A stretch of DNA of 64,000 bases from a bacterium (GTDB taxonomy: Bacteria > Zixibacteria > MSB-5A5 > GN15 > FEB-12), in the NCBI GenBank assembly GCA_016708025.1, contig JADJGQ010000003.1, positions 448,457 through 512,456 of the forward strand. The letters are read 5' to 3'. The position numbers and the translations under genes are program-made. The notes beneath the pieces were generated by a model. It was not told the DNA's origin and made no database searches. It saw only the letters and a program-made list of their open reading frames with translations. How positions within the stretch are numbered: the first letter of the stretch is position 1; each line of letters begins with the position of its first letter. Shown here one piece after another: positions 9,077-18,138 of the stretch.

Positions 9077-11614
9077 ATGCGCCAGTTCCTCACTCTCCTG
9101 ACCGTTCTTTGCCTGGCATTTACGGTCTCACCTATTCTGGCCGGTCCGATCGCCGACTCGCTCGCATTCCAGGGGCGTCTCACCGATGCATCGGATGTCC
9201 CGGTTCCCGATGGACCGCGTGACCTCACCATCTCCCTCTGGACTGACTCGGTCGGCGGCACTATGCTCCATAGTGAAGTCGTCGTTGTGACCGTCAGCAA
9301 AGGACTCTATTCGACCTGTATCGGCTGCGCCAGCAGCTCGTTTTTTGATATCTTCAAAAGCCAATCCGTTTACCTGCAGGTACAATTGGCCGGATCACCA
9401 CCGATGACCCCGCGCACCCAGATGCGGAGCGTACCGTTCTCGGTCTCATCGTCGAGCCTTCATAATCAGGGCACAATGCCCGGCGGTTCCGTTATTAGTG
9501 CCGCGGTCAGTTCTGTCGGAAACCTCGCCGGTGGCGGCGGCGGTGCAGCAGCCGCTTCGTATGCGCGACTCGCCGCAGATAGTGATGGCGATGGTCATGA
9601 CGACTTTGTCATCACCGATAGCGCCAGAACGGATGGCGCTCATTCGGTCATGGGTGGGGATCTGGACGGTGACGGAATCCCGGACGTTGCCATTGCCTCA
9701 GTGGTGCGTCCCACAACCGCCAGTCTCGCCATCAAAACCAAGGGGACCAGCGCCCAGCGCCTTAGCGCTGGCGGCGACTGCGACGATACCGACTCTGAGA
9801 TATACGCAGACTGCGACGACGACAATGACGGCATTGTCGACCGCTCCGCTGCCTTGCGCATTACCCCAACCACATCGAGTCTGGCTATCAATAGCAAAGG
9901 GACCAGCGCCAAGCGACTGCGCGCCGGCGGTGATTGCGACGACACAGACTCCGAACTCTATACCGACTGCGACGACGACGACGATGGTCTCATAGACCGG
10001 TCAGCTGCCTTACGTATTACTCCAACCACCTCGAGTCTGGCGATCAAAACCAAAGGTACCAGCGCCCAACGCCTCAGCGGCGGCACAGACTGCGACGACT
10101 TGAGCGCGACCAATTACCTCGACTCTGACGACGACGGTGATGGCATCCCCGAAGATGAAATCGAGTCATCAGTCATGCCCGGAACCTGCAGCGTGGCCAT
10201 TAAAACCAAAGGGACTGGCGCCGACGCAAATCGCGTCGTCACAACCACCACGCCGGACTCTGTAGTCACCGAACAAACCTTTGAGTTCGAAAACTCCCTC
10301 CTCATGCCTGCTCTGATGAAGGCCAAAGAAAAGGCCAATCGAACCAAGTGCTCCAACAATCTGCGCTATCAGTCACCGGTCACTGTCCATGAAGGCGAAC
10401 TGGCCGTTGATTCCACCGGCTCTGGATTGAACATGTTCTCCGACGACGATGGCGACGGTATCCCGGAGTCCTCAGTAAAGGTCGGCTCGGGTGCATCGCT
10501 TCTCGGAGGCGCACTTCCAGGTGGAGCGGTCTTATCGGCACGCTGCGACATTGACGATGACGGCGATGCCGAAGGCGAGATTGTGTCCTCCGTCGTGCCA
10601 GGTACGTCCGCTGTAGCCATCAAAACCAAGGGGACCGGCGCTGACAAAAACCGGACAGCAGCAAGCTCCTGCGACGACAGCTCGGCGGTCGACTATTTGG
10701 ATATCGATGATGACGCCGACGGCATCTCAGAGGCATATGCGGTGAGTTCCGTTGTCGCAGGGTCCGGCGGCGGCGGAGGTGGCGCCGCATCAGCTTCTTA
10801 CGCCGCGACTGGACGTTGGTACACTGACTCCGACGATGATGGTGTCCCGGAAGGTGACATTGAAGCAATAGTCACTCCCACGACCAACAGTGTCGCTATC
10901 AAGACCAAAGGGACCGGTGCCGATGCGAATCGCGTTGTGATCACGCAAACCACCGATACCACTCGTGCATCTACGGTCACATCTGTCGATCTCGATGGCG
11001 ACGGACTTGCGGACAGATCAGTAACTATGGACTGCGATGATACCGACGGCGGCATAACCGTAGAAGGCGCTTCCAGCGCGGTTAAAATCAAACACAAAGG
11101 CTGGGATGGCTTGATCTACGGGCGTATGGCCATCGAAACCGGCGGCAACATTGAAGTTGATTTCGGCGGTAACGGTGTCGGCTTCGTGTCTCAACGGTTT
11201 GGCATAGGCGTACTCTCGCCGACGAATCCGCTTGAACACTCTTCAGGCGCGCACTTGACAGCCGGTGGCGTCTGGACCAACGCGTCAGATGAAAATCTCA
11301 AAGAGAACTTCCAGCCGGTTGATGGCGCTGAACTGCTCGAGAAGATCGAACAGCTCCCAATTTCCGAGTGGAACTACAAAACTGAATCCGACGAGATCAA
11401 GCATATCGGCCCGACCGCCCAGGATTTCCAGGCGACGTTCGGAGTCGGTTCTGATGGCAAGTCGATCTCGACGATCGATCCTTCCGGCATCGCCCTGGCC
11501 GCGATTAAGGAACTCAAGAAAGAGAATACCGAACTGAAGAAGCAAATCGAAGAACTCTCTGGCCTGAAGAACGAAATTGAGCAACTCAAGAAGCTGCTCA
11601 TGGAAAAGAAGTAA
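9077..11614 (+). CDS. Signal-peptide protein with acidic Ca-binding-like repeats and a C-terminal tail-fibre/endosialidase intramolecular-chaperone (Peptidase S74-like) domain plus coiled coil
   Basis: The C-terminus reads GGVWTNASDENLKENF...LPISEWNYK...HIGPTAQDF...IDPSGIALAAIKELKKEN, then a heptad-like tail. The N-terminus reads LAFQGRLTDASDVPVPDG...ISLWTDSVGG. DxDxDG-type acidic motifs recur. A strong RBS is present. Confidence 0.8.
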   Translation: MRQFLTLLTVLCLAFTVSPILAGPIADSLAFQGRLTDASDVPVPDGPRDLTISLWTDSVGGTMLHSEVVVVTVSKGLYSTCIGCASSSFFDIFKSQSVYLQVQLAGSPPMTPRTQMRSVPFSVSSSSLHNQGTMPGGSVISAAVSSVGNLAGGGGGAAAASYARLAADSDGDGHDDFVITDSARTDGAHSVMGGDLDGDGIPDVAIASVVRPTTASLAIKTKGTSAQRLSAGGDCDDTDSEIYADCDDDNDGIVDRSAALRITPTTSSLAINSKGTSAKRLRAGGDCDDTDSELYTDCDDDDDGLIDRSAALRITPTTSSLAIKTKGTSAQRLSGGTDCDDLSATNYLDSDDDGDGIPEDEIESSVMPGTCSVAIKTKGTGADANRVVTTTTPDSVVTEQTFEFENSLLMPALMKAKEKANRTKCSNNLRYQSPVTVHEGELAVDSTGSGLNMFSDDDGDGIPESSVKVGSGASLLGGALPGGAVLSARCDIDDDGDAEGEIVSSVVPGTSAVAIKTKGTGADKNRTAASSCDDSSAVDYLDIDDDADGISEAYAVSSVVAGSGGGGGGAASASYAATGRWYTDSDDDGVPEGDIEAIVTPTTNSVAIKTKGTGADANRVVITQTTDTTRASTVTSVDLDGDGLADRSVTMDCDDTDGGITVEGASSAVKIKHKGWDGLIYGRMAIETGGNIEVDFGGNGVGFVSQRFGIGVLSPTNPLEHSSGAHLTAGGVWTNASDENLKENFQPVDGAELLEKIEQLPISEWNYKTESDEIKHIGPTAQDFQATFGVGSDGKSISTIDPSGIALAAIKELKKENTELKKQIEELSGLKNEIEQLKKLLMEKK
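9710..10177 (+). repeat. Three in-frame tandem copies of a 156-bp (52-aa) unit inside the CDS
   Basis: Units start at 9710, 9866 and 10022 (PTT[A/S]SLAI[K/N][T/S]KGTSA[Q/K]RL..GGDCDDTDSE[I/L]Y.DCDDD.DG..DRSAALRIT). The third copy is diverged. Degenerate AIKTKGTGAD units recur near 10196, 10617 and 10896. Confidence 0.85.
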
Positions 11615-11645
11615 ACACCATCTGTTGATGGTTTCTTGATTCCGG

Positions 11646-11675
11646 GGGCGAGTCTTCTATCGACTCGCCCTTTTT
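11646..11675 (+). terminator. Rho-independent terminator
   Basis: GGGCGAGTC (11646-11654), a 7-nt loop, GACTCGCCC (11662-11670), then TTTTT (11671-11675). Confidence 0.75.
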
Positions 11676-11779
11676 ACACGCACTACTGCCTGTGACTTTC
11701 ATTCCGCGCACAGGCCAAAATCTACTTCCGATGATAAGAACGCTGTAAACGATAATTGGGATCACCAAAGGAGTACCGT

Positions 11780-14218
11780 ATGCGTCGCACTCTCGTCTGG
11801 AGCCTCACCTTCATCGTGGCCGCCCTTGCTTTTGTCGGCGCTGCGACAGGAGCCCCCTCTACTGTTAGCTACCAGGGTCGTCTCACCAGCTCGTCGGGCA
11901 CTCCGGTCGCCGATGGCTCCTACTCTATCACCTTCAGCATCTGGACTGACTCGGTCGCCGGCTCAATGATCTGGAGCGAATCACAGACTGTCCAGGTAAC
12001 CGGCGGTGGGGGACTCTTCTCCACCCAGTTGGGCGGCCTTCAGCCGCTCGGAGGAGAGTTGATCATTCATGCTGACGACGAACTCTTTCTTCAGACCGCC
12101 GTTTCGGGTACGCCGCTCTTACCCAGGTTGGCCCTGGGATCGGTTCCGCATGCCTTTGTGTCTTCCAGCGTGAGTCAGACTGTACCGGGGAAAGGCTCTG
12201 TTCACATGGGCGTGGGAGAAGACACGACCAAGATCATCACAACCCATGAGAGCTTCTCTAATCTCCTCGACTCCTACGTTCACCTCACCGATGATCGCGC
12301 ACTCATGGGACTAAAGTCCTACAACCCATCACAATCATATCGGGGCTCCAGTAATAGTGAGATCTCTGGAAGTGTTATTCGGAACTTTCTTGATCTCGAT
12401 GATGACGCTGATGGCGTCCCGGATGTCGTGGAAGATATGTCGGTCCAGCCTGGAACCGCTACTCTGAGTGTCAGTTCGTCAAAGAGACGTTTTAATCTGA
12501 TGGACGCCTTCCCTCAGCGCTTTGTGGTGAGTGCCCACGACTCAGACACGGCCAGTTCGGTCAGTTCTGCGTTGGAATCAGACGCGGATGCTGACGGCAT
12601 CGCTAATGGAAGCGTCTGGGCAAAGGTCGACAACACCGACGTGATCAGTGTCGCCGGAGTTGATGTCGATGAAGACGGCGACACCGATGTTGGCAACTCT
12701 TCCTCGGCCAAGATTTCACGTTCGATTCTCAAGACCTTCTTTGAGCGCGGCGATAAACCGACGCAAAGCCAGATCGTTGACAGCGTCGACGAGAACGGCG
12801 CATATCATGGCACCACTCGGTACACCGGTTCAGACTTTGAAAGATTCCATGTCAGCCTGATGCCGGACTCGGCTGTCGTTTCAACTGAAGCAAGCAATCC
12901 CGATGGGTCATCTTCGAGCCGCATGCGAGTCCGTGTCAACGAACTCGAAGCAAGACTACAGTCAATAGGAATACTGGCCAGGTCAAGCTCCACGAGTTCG
13001 CTCACGCCGGATTCGGCTTCTGAGACAATTGAAGTACATGGTGCTGGCGCACAAATTGGAAGAGTCGTCTCTGTTTCGTCGAGCACCGATATCGACAGTG
13101 CAGTGACCGAGATCCTCGGGCAGGATGCGACTAGCGCTGGCAGTATTCGACTCACCGCGCAACCAGCCGGACCGACTGTGGTGAATCTTTCGAGTATGGA
13201 TGCCTCCTCCGGCACGCCCATCATAAAGGGTAGTGCCCTCATGACCTCATCCCCCAGCAGTGTTGCACACTCACTGGAGTGGGATGAAGATGGAGATGGT
13301 GTCTTTGATCGCCGGGTCACCGAAGATTGCGATGATGACGACGCCGGAATCTCTATTCAGGCCGGTGTTGCCATTCCCAAGTTCATCAACGTCACAGCCC
13401 AGGCTCAGGCTGCCGCGCAAAAGGCTGATATCGGAATGTTGATGGGAGTCGGCTCGGATACTACCATAAAAATCGGTGCCGATGATGATGAGGCTGGAGT
13501 CACCATACAGTCCGGAGTCGCCATTCCGAGGTTCATCGAAATGAATGCCAAATCGCAGAGTTCAGCCCATCAAGCCAGCGTTGGACTTGTTATGGGCGCC
13601 GGCCCCGATACTGCGGTCGCAGTTTACAGCGACGAATCAGAAACTAAGCTCAGATTCAAGGCACCCCAATCCGGCCATTATACCTTTGATTTTGCATTCA
13701 CGCCCGCCAGTGGTTCGGTCTCTATGACTGATTCACTTGGCGCGATCTCCATGCAAATGGACGGCGATGGTCGCTTGGGAGTTGGCGGACCGGCTCATGC
13801 CAACAATCCCATTGATCATCCCTCCAGTGGGGCACACTTGACTTCCGGCGGTGTCTGGACCAACGCGTCCGACGAAAATCTCAAAGAGAATTTCAGGATG
13901 GTAAATGGCGAAGAACTCCTGGAGAAGCTCGAAGAACTTCCGATCAGCCAGTGGAACTACAAGAGTGAATCTGACAATGTGACCCACATCGGCCCGACCG
14001 CGCAAGACTTCCAGAAAGTCTTTGGCGTTGGCGAGAACGACAAGACCATCTCGACTATTGATCCCTCCGGTATCGCTCTTGCCGCGATCAAAGAGCTGAA
14101 TAAACAGAACCTTCAACTCCATGAAGAGAGCAAGAAGATCAGGAAAGAAAATGAACGACTGCAGAAAGAGCTGAATGAGTTGAGAGCCAGAGTCGACAAA
14201 CTGATCTCCGGCAAATAG
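11780..14218 (+). CDS. Paralog of 9077-11614: signal-peptide protein with the same N-terminal module and the same S74-like C-terminal chaperone domain
   Basis: The ATG at 11780 is preceded by AAGGAG (11768-11773), so the track start at 11756 is probably too early. N-terminus: VSYQGRLTSSSGTPVADGSYSITFSIWTDSVAGS. C-terminus: GGVWTNASDENLKENF...LPISQWNYK...HIGPTAQDF...IDPSGIALAAIKELNKQN, plus a coiled coil. Confidence 0.8.
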   Translation: MRRTLVWSLTFIVAALAFVGAATGAPSTVSYQGRLTSSSGTPVADGSYSITFSIWTDSVAGSMIWSESQTVQVTGGGGLFSTQLGGLQPLGGELIIHADDELFLQTAVSGTPLLPRLALGSVPHAFVSSSVSQTVPGKGSVHMGVGEDTTKIITTHESFSNLLDSYVHLTDDRALMGLKSYNPSQSYRGSSNSEISGSVIRNFLDLDDDADGVPDVVEDMSVQPGTATLSVSSSKRRFNLMDAFPQRFVVSAHDSDTASSVSSALESDADADGIANGSVWAKVDNTDVISVAGVDVDEDGDTDVGNSSSAKISRSILKTFFERGDKPTQSQIVDSVDENGAYHGTTRYTGSDFERFHVSLMPDSAVVSTEASNPDGSSSSRMRVRVNELEARLQSIGILARSSSTSSLTPDSASETIEVHGAGAQIGRVVSVSSSTDIDSAVTEILGQDATSAGSIRLTAQPAGPTVVNLSSMDASSGTPIIKGSALMTSSPSSVAHSLEWDEDGDGVFDRRVTEDCDDDDAGISIQAGVAIPKFINVTAQAQAAAQKADIGMLMGVGSDTTIKIGADDDEAGVTIQSGVAIPRFIEMNAKSQSSAHQASVGLVMGAGPDTAVAVYSDESETKLRFKAPQSGHYTFDFAFTPASGSVSMTDSLGAISMQMDGDGRLGVGGPAHANNPIDHPSSGAHLTSGGVWTNASDENLKENFRMVNGEELLEKLEELPISQWNYKSESDNVTHIGPTAQDFQKVFGVGENDKTISTIDPSGIALAAIKELNKQNLQLHEESKKIRKENERLQKELNELRARVDKLISGK
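13343..13642 (+). repeat. Two in-frame tandem 150-bp (50-aa) units
   Basis: AGISIQAGVAIPKFINVTAQAQAAAQKADIGMLMGVGSDTTIKIGADDDE is followed directly by AGVTIQSGVAIPRFIEMNAKSQSSAHQASVGLVMGAGPDTAVAVYSDESE. Confidence 0.7.
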
Positions 14219-14240
14219 ACTATCATCACCCGAATGACCA

Positions 14241-14269
14241 CAGGCCAGGCATCATGCCTGGCCTGTTTT
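14241..14269 (+). terminator. Rho-independent terminator between convergent genes
   Basis: CAGGCCAGGCAT / ATGCCTGGCCTG palindrome at 14241-14265, followed by TTTT at 14266-14269. Confidence 0.75.
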
Positions 14270-14309
14270 GTGACAACCCAAAAGAAGGAGATGTCCCAGC
14301 TACCAGGAC

Positions 14310-14747
14310 TCACTTGGTTGTGGTCGTTCGAACATACTCTTCCAGCGACTGCCGGATCATGCTTCGAAGGCTGTCGTCATCCCATGGCTTCGTGAGAAAT
14401 TTGTGGCAATGCAGAATGCTGTCGGCGATCGGTTGAGGAACCGACTGGGCTTTGGTCGCTCCCGTCAGCATGATCCGGATACAGCGCGGATTCCGAGACT
14501 CCATGACAGCCAGCAACTCTGCGCCTGTCATTTCCGGCATGGTGTAATCGCTGATCACCACCGCAAACTCGTGCGTCGCCATTAACTGCATCGCCGACAT
14601 ACAGTCATTAGCCGTGAACAGGGTATATGGTTCGCGGCGCAATGCTCGCTGTAGCGCATTTAGAATAGACGGTTCATCATCCACCAGCAGGATGGCGTGC
14701 TTTCCCGCTTCTCCCTGCCCTTCATTCCCACTCATCGAAACCCCCAA
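14310..14747 (-). CDS. Single-domain response regulator (receiver)
   Basis: ILLVDDEPSIL...VVISDYTMPEMTGAELL...IMLTG...KFLTKPWDDD, i.e. REC with an RpfG-type LxKPW ending. Confidence 0.85.
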   Translation of the reverse strand: MGVSMSGNEGQGEAGKHAILLVDDEPSILNALQRALRREPYTLFTANDCMSAMQLMATHEFAVVISDYTMPEMTGAELLAVMESRNPRCIRIMLTGATKAQSVPQPIADSILHCHKFLTKPWDDDSLRSMIRQSLEEYVRTTTTK

Positions 14748-14760
14748 TTATATCAATTTT

Positions 14761-17700
14761 TCACTCTTGCTGACTCGACCCGTTTCCGCTGCTCACAATT
14801 GCGACGGTGCCCTCAACGATTCGACTCGTTGGCTGGACCGGCTGATCAATTATTCTGTCAATCGCCGCAAGAAGCTCTTCCGGCTGGAACGGCTTTTGCA
14901 GAAGCTCACAATCATCTCCCACCACGCCATTCCTTCCTAACACGTCATCTGTGTAACCTGACATGTACAGTGATCGACATCCGGGATACCGCGATCGCAC
15001 CAGATCCCCCAACTGACGGCCATTCATCCCCGGCATAATAATGTCAGTGATCAGAATGTCAGGAGTGATCTCCCGCCGTCGCAGCATCTCGATCGCTTCC
15101 TCGCCCGAAGATGCCTCGATCACCTGATGCCCGGATTGCTCAAGCACTCGCCGTACCAACTGCCTGATCGCATGTTCATCCTCGACGAGACAAACCAGTT
15201 TGCTGCCTCTCGCGATTAAAGACTGGCCAGTTTTGTCCTTCGGTGACACTTCGATATGCGATACTGGTTCCGCTGGTAACCAGACTTCAAACGTTGTTCC
15301 TTCTCCGACCGCACTCTGTACTGTAACTACGCCATTTGCCTGATGGACTATGCCATAAACGGTAGAAAGTCCCAATCCTGTCCCCTTGCCGACCTCCTTG
15401 GTCGTGAAGAACGGATCGAAGACGCGGTCCATGGTTGCCTGATCCATACCGCACCCGGTGTCGCTACAGATCAATTGCACATGCGCAGTCAGATCCGTGA
15501 AATCGTTGGCTGATAATAGTGGAGCCATCCCCAGAATCGCCTTGGTCCTCAGGGTGATCTTCCCTCCCTGCGGCATCGCATCTCGCGCGTTCACCACCAG
15601 ATTCAGGATCACCTGCTCAAGTTGCGCGGGGTCGATCACGACATGCGGAATGTGCGGGTCAAATTCAGTTGTGAGGATGATATTTTCGTCCAGGATACGG
15701 CTTAACATCTTTCGTAAATTGTCGATGATCGCATTCACATTAATCGACTGCGGTCGACTTATCTGCTTCCTGCTGTATGCCAGCAGTTGCCGGGTTAACG
15801 AAGCGGCCCGATTGCCGGTCTCCAGTATCTGCGCTATATCTTCCCGGTGAGGGTTATCTTCAGGAAAGTGTTTGAGTAACATATGGCTGTGGCCGATGAT
15901 CACGGTCAACAGGTTATTGAAATCGTGAGCGATCCCACCGGCCAGAATTCCGACTGCCTCCAACTTTTGCGATTGCAGCAACTGCTGTTCGAGATTCCTC
16001 TGCAGCGTCATGTCATGTTTGACCGCCACGAAGTGCGCGATCTTTCCCTGACTATCCAAAACAGGCGAAATGGTCGCGCGCTCAACGAACTCATGACCAT
16101 CCTTGGCGACATTGATCAATTCACCGCGCCAGATCTGACCGGAGGTGATCGTCGACCAGAGTCGCGAATAGAATTCGCTGCTCAGTTTGCCGCTCTTCAG
16201 AACAGCCGGAGTTTTGCCGATCGCCTCTTCTGTGCTATAACCGGTCACTCGCGAGAAAGCCGGATTGCAGTACTCGATCGTCCCGAGTGGATCGGTCACT
16301 ACGATCGCTTCATCTGCTGCCTCGATCGCCGCATTCAACAGCGACTGCCGCAGCACCATTCGATAGTGTTCATCAACGTCGTAGACGATCCCCTCAAGAA
16401 ACGCCTGCAGGCCATCTGACGAGCTTGAAGGGCTTGCTTGCTCCATCACCCATCGAAAGGTCCCGTCTTTGTGCTGGACACGGTACGAGACATTAAGCGG
16501 CATCTGCGACTCGATCGCCTCTTCCCGAGCGCGCTCTACTGCCCCCTGATCGCCCGGATGGATCAAGGGCATTTCGCTGCTATTTACACAAAGGATAAGC
16601 TCTTCCGGCGAATAGCCGAAAATTCGCGTCGAACCTCCGCTCGCGAATTCCAGCAGACGCTCGGGACGCATCTGGCGTCGGAAGGCCATCCCCGGCAGAT
16701 TGTTCATCAGCGATGCCAGCATTCGCTCGCTCTCGCGCAGCGCCTGTTCCGCCTGATTCCGCTGCGATATATCGCGGCACACGCAAAAGATCAGCTTCTG
16801 TCCATTGCAGGTCGCTCCGTTGCTCGTGATCTCGACATCCACAAGACTGCCGTCTTTCTGGCGCATGCGGGTTTCAAATTTCTCTCCGGCCGCGTCCGAC
16901 TTCCTCAGCATTTCGAGAAGTTCTTCTGGCGTCCATGTGGTGTCCCAGTCCCATACATGCAGTGAAGCGGTTTCCTCGACCGTGTACCCGAGCATCTCAG
17001 CGAATCGGTTATTGCTTTCGTAGACCGCACCCGTTTCCGTCAACACGACAATGCCATCTCTCGACTGCTCGATCAGGATCCGACGGCGGATCGCTTCCTC
17101 CGCCAGCATTCGGTCGGTATCTTTTCGATCTGAGATGTCGCGCACGAAAACCAGGATCGCCGGCTCTCCATCCATGCCGATAACCGTGGCCGTGATCTCC
17201 GAATCGCACATCGTCCCATCAGCCTTGACTAGACGTAGCTCCATCGGCGCAAAATGCGTTTCGCCATCCGAACGCCGATTGATCCGTTCGATCACCTCCA
17301 GATGCTGTTCTGGGTCGACAAAGTTCAGAACACTCTGACCAAGCAGTGACTCGTCTCTTCCCACACGGAGAATGTCACGCATCGTGCTGTTGAGATAGAC
17401 TATGATTCCGCTCCGATGAACGATGATCCCATCTGGAGTTGTTTCGATCATTGCCCGAAAACGTTCTTCACTCTCTCTCAGCCGCTGCATTGCGTCGCGT
17501 TGCTCCGTGACGTCAAAACAGACGCCCACAAATCCGCTGATCCGGCCGTCTGCTTCACGAAGCGGACGTCCGCCATCCCTGATCCACCGATACTTCCCGT
17601 CGTATCTTCTTGCCCGATACTCCAGGTTCATTGACTGTCCACCTTCTATCGCCTTGGATAGCCGGGCCGTGTACAATGGAAGATCCTCTGTATGGATCAC

Positions 17701-18138
17701 CGACTCCCAGTTTTCTCCCGTCTCCTCGACCAGAGATCGACCGGTGAATTCAAGCCAGCGTTGATTGCAGTAGATTCGCTTGCCCGTGGCGTCGGTTCGC
17801 CAGGCCATTGCCGGGATCCCCTCGAGCAACGAATGGTAGTTGTCTCGCTCAGACTCGACCTGGCGAAGCAGTTGTTGGTAACCCTGGTCGAAATAGCGGT
17901 CAAAAAGTCTGTTGAAGTACCACGCCATGGTCGCTACTACCGCAACCAGGAGCGATGCCCCGACCAGTGAGGTAATAAAGTCTGTTAGATGCTCCAACTG
18001 ATACTCGCGTACTAGTTGCCGTCCAAAATGCTCCCAGATTAAAACGCGCACGACGACAAACGCAGGAACTGAAATGACTATCCAGAGCCAAACCTTCCCT
18101 TGAAACTCCCGTCTCCAGTTTTGCACCGTTTGCTTCAT
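14761..18138 (-). CDS. Membrane-anchored multi-PAS hybrid sensor histidine kinase (HisKA + HATPase_c + C-terminal REC)
   Basis: Two N-terminal TM helices and several PAS-like segments. H-box HDFNNLLTVIIGHSHML; ATPase motifs NLVVNARDAM, DTGCGMD, GKGTGLGLS; C-terminal receiver DILITDIIMPGMNG. Confidence 0.9.
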   Translation of the reverse strand: MKQTVQNWRREFQGKVWLWIVISVPAFVVVRVLIWEHFGRQLVREYQLEHLTDFITSLVGASLLVAVVATMAWYFNRLFDRYFDQGYQQLLRQVESERDNYHSLLEGIPAMAWRTDATGKRIYCNQRWLEFTGRSLVEETGENWESVIHTEDLPLYTARLSKAIEGGQSMNLEYRARRYDGKYRWIRDGGRPLREADGRISGFVGVCFDVTEQRDAMQRLRESEERFRAMIETTPDGIIVHRSGIIVYLNSTMRDILRVGRDESLLGQSVLNFVDPEQHLEVIERINRRSDGETHFAPMELRLVKADGTMCDSEITATVIGMDGEPAILVFVRDISDRKDTDRMLAEEAIRRRILIEQSRDGIVVLTETGAVYESNNRFAEMLGYTVEETASLHVWDWDTTWTPEELLEMLRKSDAAGEKFETRMRQKDGSLVDVEITSNGATCNGQKLIFCVCRDISQRNQAEQALRESERMLASLMNNLPGMAFRRQMRPERLLEFASGGSTRIFGYSPEELILCVNSSEMPLIHPGDQGAVERAREEAIESQMPLNVSYRVQHKDGTFRWVMEQASPSSSSDGLQAFLEGIVYDVDEHYRMVLRQSLLNAAIEAADEAIVVTDPLGTIEYCNPAFSRVTGYSTEEAIGKTPAVLKSGKLSSEFYSRLWSTITSGQIWRGELINVAKDGHEFVERATISPVLDSQGKIAHFVAVKHDMTLQRNLEQQLLQSQKLEAVGILAGGIAHDFNNLLTVIIGHSHMLLKHFPEDNPHREDIAQILETGNRAASLTRQLLAYSRKQISRPQSINVNAIIDNLRKMLSRILDENIILTTEFDPHIPHVVIDPAQLEQVILNLVVNARDAMPQGGKITLRTKAILGMAPLLSANDFTDLTAHVQLICSDTGCGMDQATMDRVFDPFFTTKEVGKGTGLGLSTVYGIVHQANGVVTVQSAVGEGTTFEVWLPAEPVSHIEVSPKDKTGQSLIARGSKLVCLVEDEHAIRQLVRRVLEQSGHQVIEASSGEEAIEMLRRREITPDILITDIIMPGMNGRQLGDLVRSRYPGCRSLYMSGYTDDVLGRNGVVGDDCELLQKPFQPEELLAAIDRIIDQPVQPTSRIVEGTVAIVSSGNGSSQQE

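Noticed and set aside
9710-10177. Regular repeats that could be mistaken for a CRISPR-like array
   Set aside because: The period is 156 bp with no unique spacers. The repeats are in frame within a long ORF, and the copies diverge the way protein repeats do.
12805-13320. A 171-aa minus-strand ORF inside the second tail-fibre paralog. Similar shadow ORFs occur at 4631-5104, 29874-30437 and 52202-52735.
   Set aside because: All are antisense to strongly supported genes, have low-complexity or Arg/Ser/Pro-rich translations, and lack start signals.
9077-14218. A prophage or tailocin remnant, suggested by the tail-fibre chaperone domains
   Set aside because: There are no capsid, terminase, sheath, baseplate, lysis or integrase genes in the flanking 9 kb upstream or 8 kb downstream. 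Both proteins carry Sec signal peptides and the flanks are host envelope and signalling genes.
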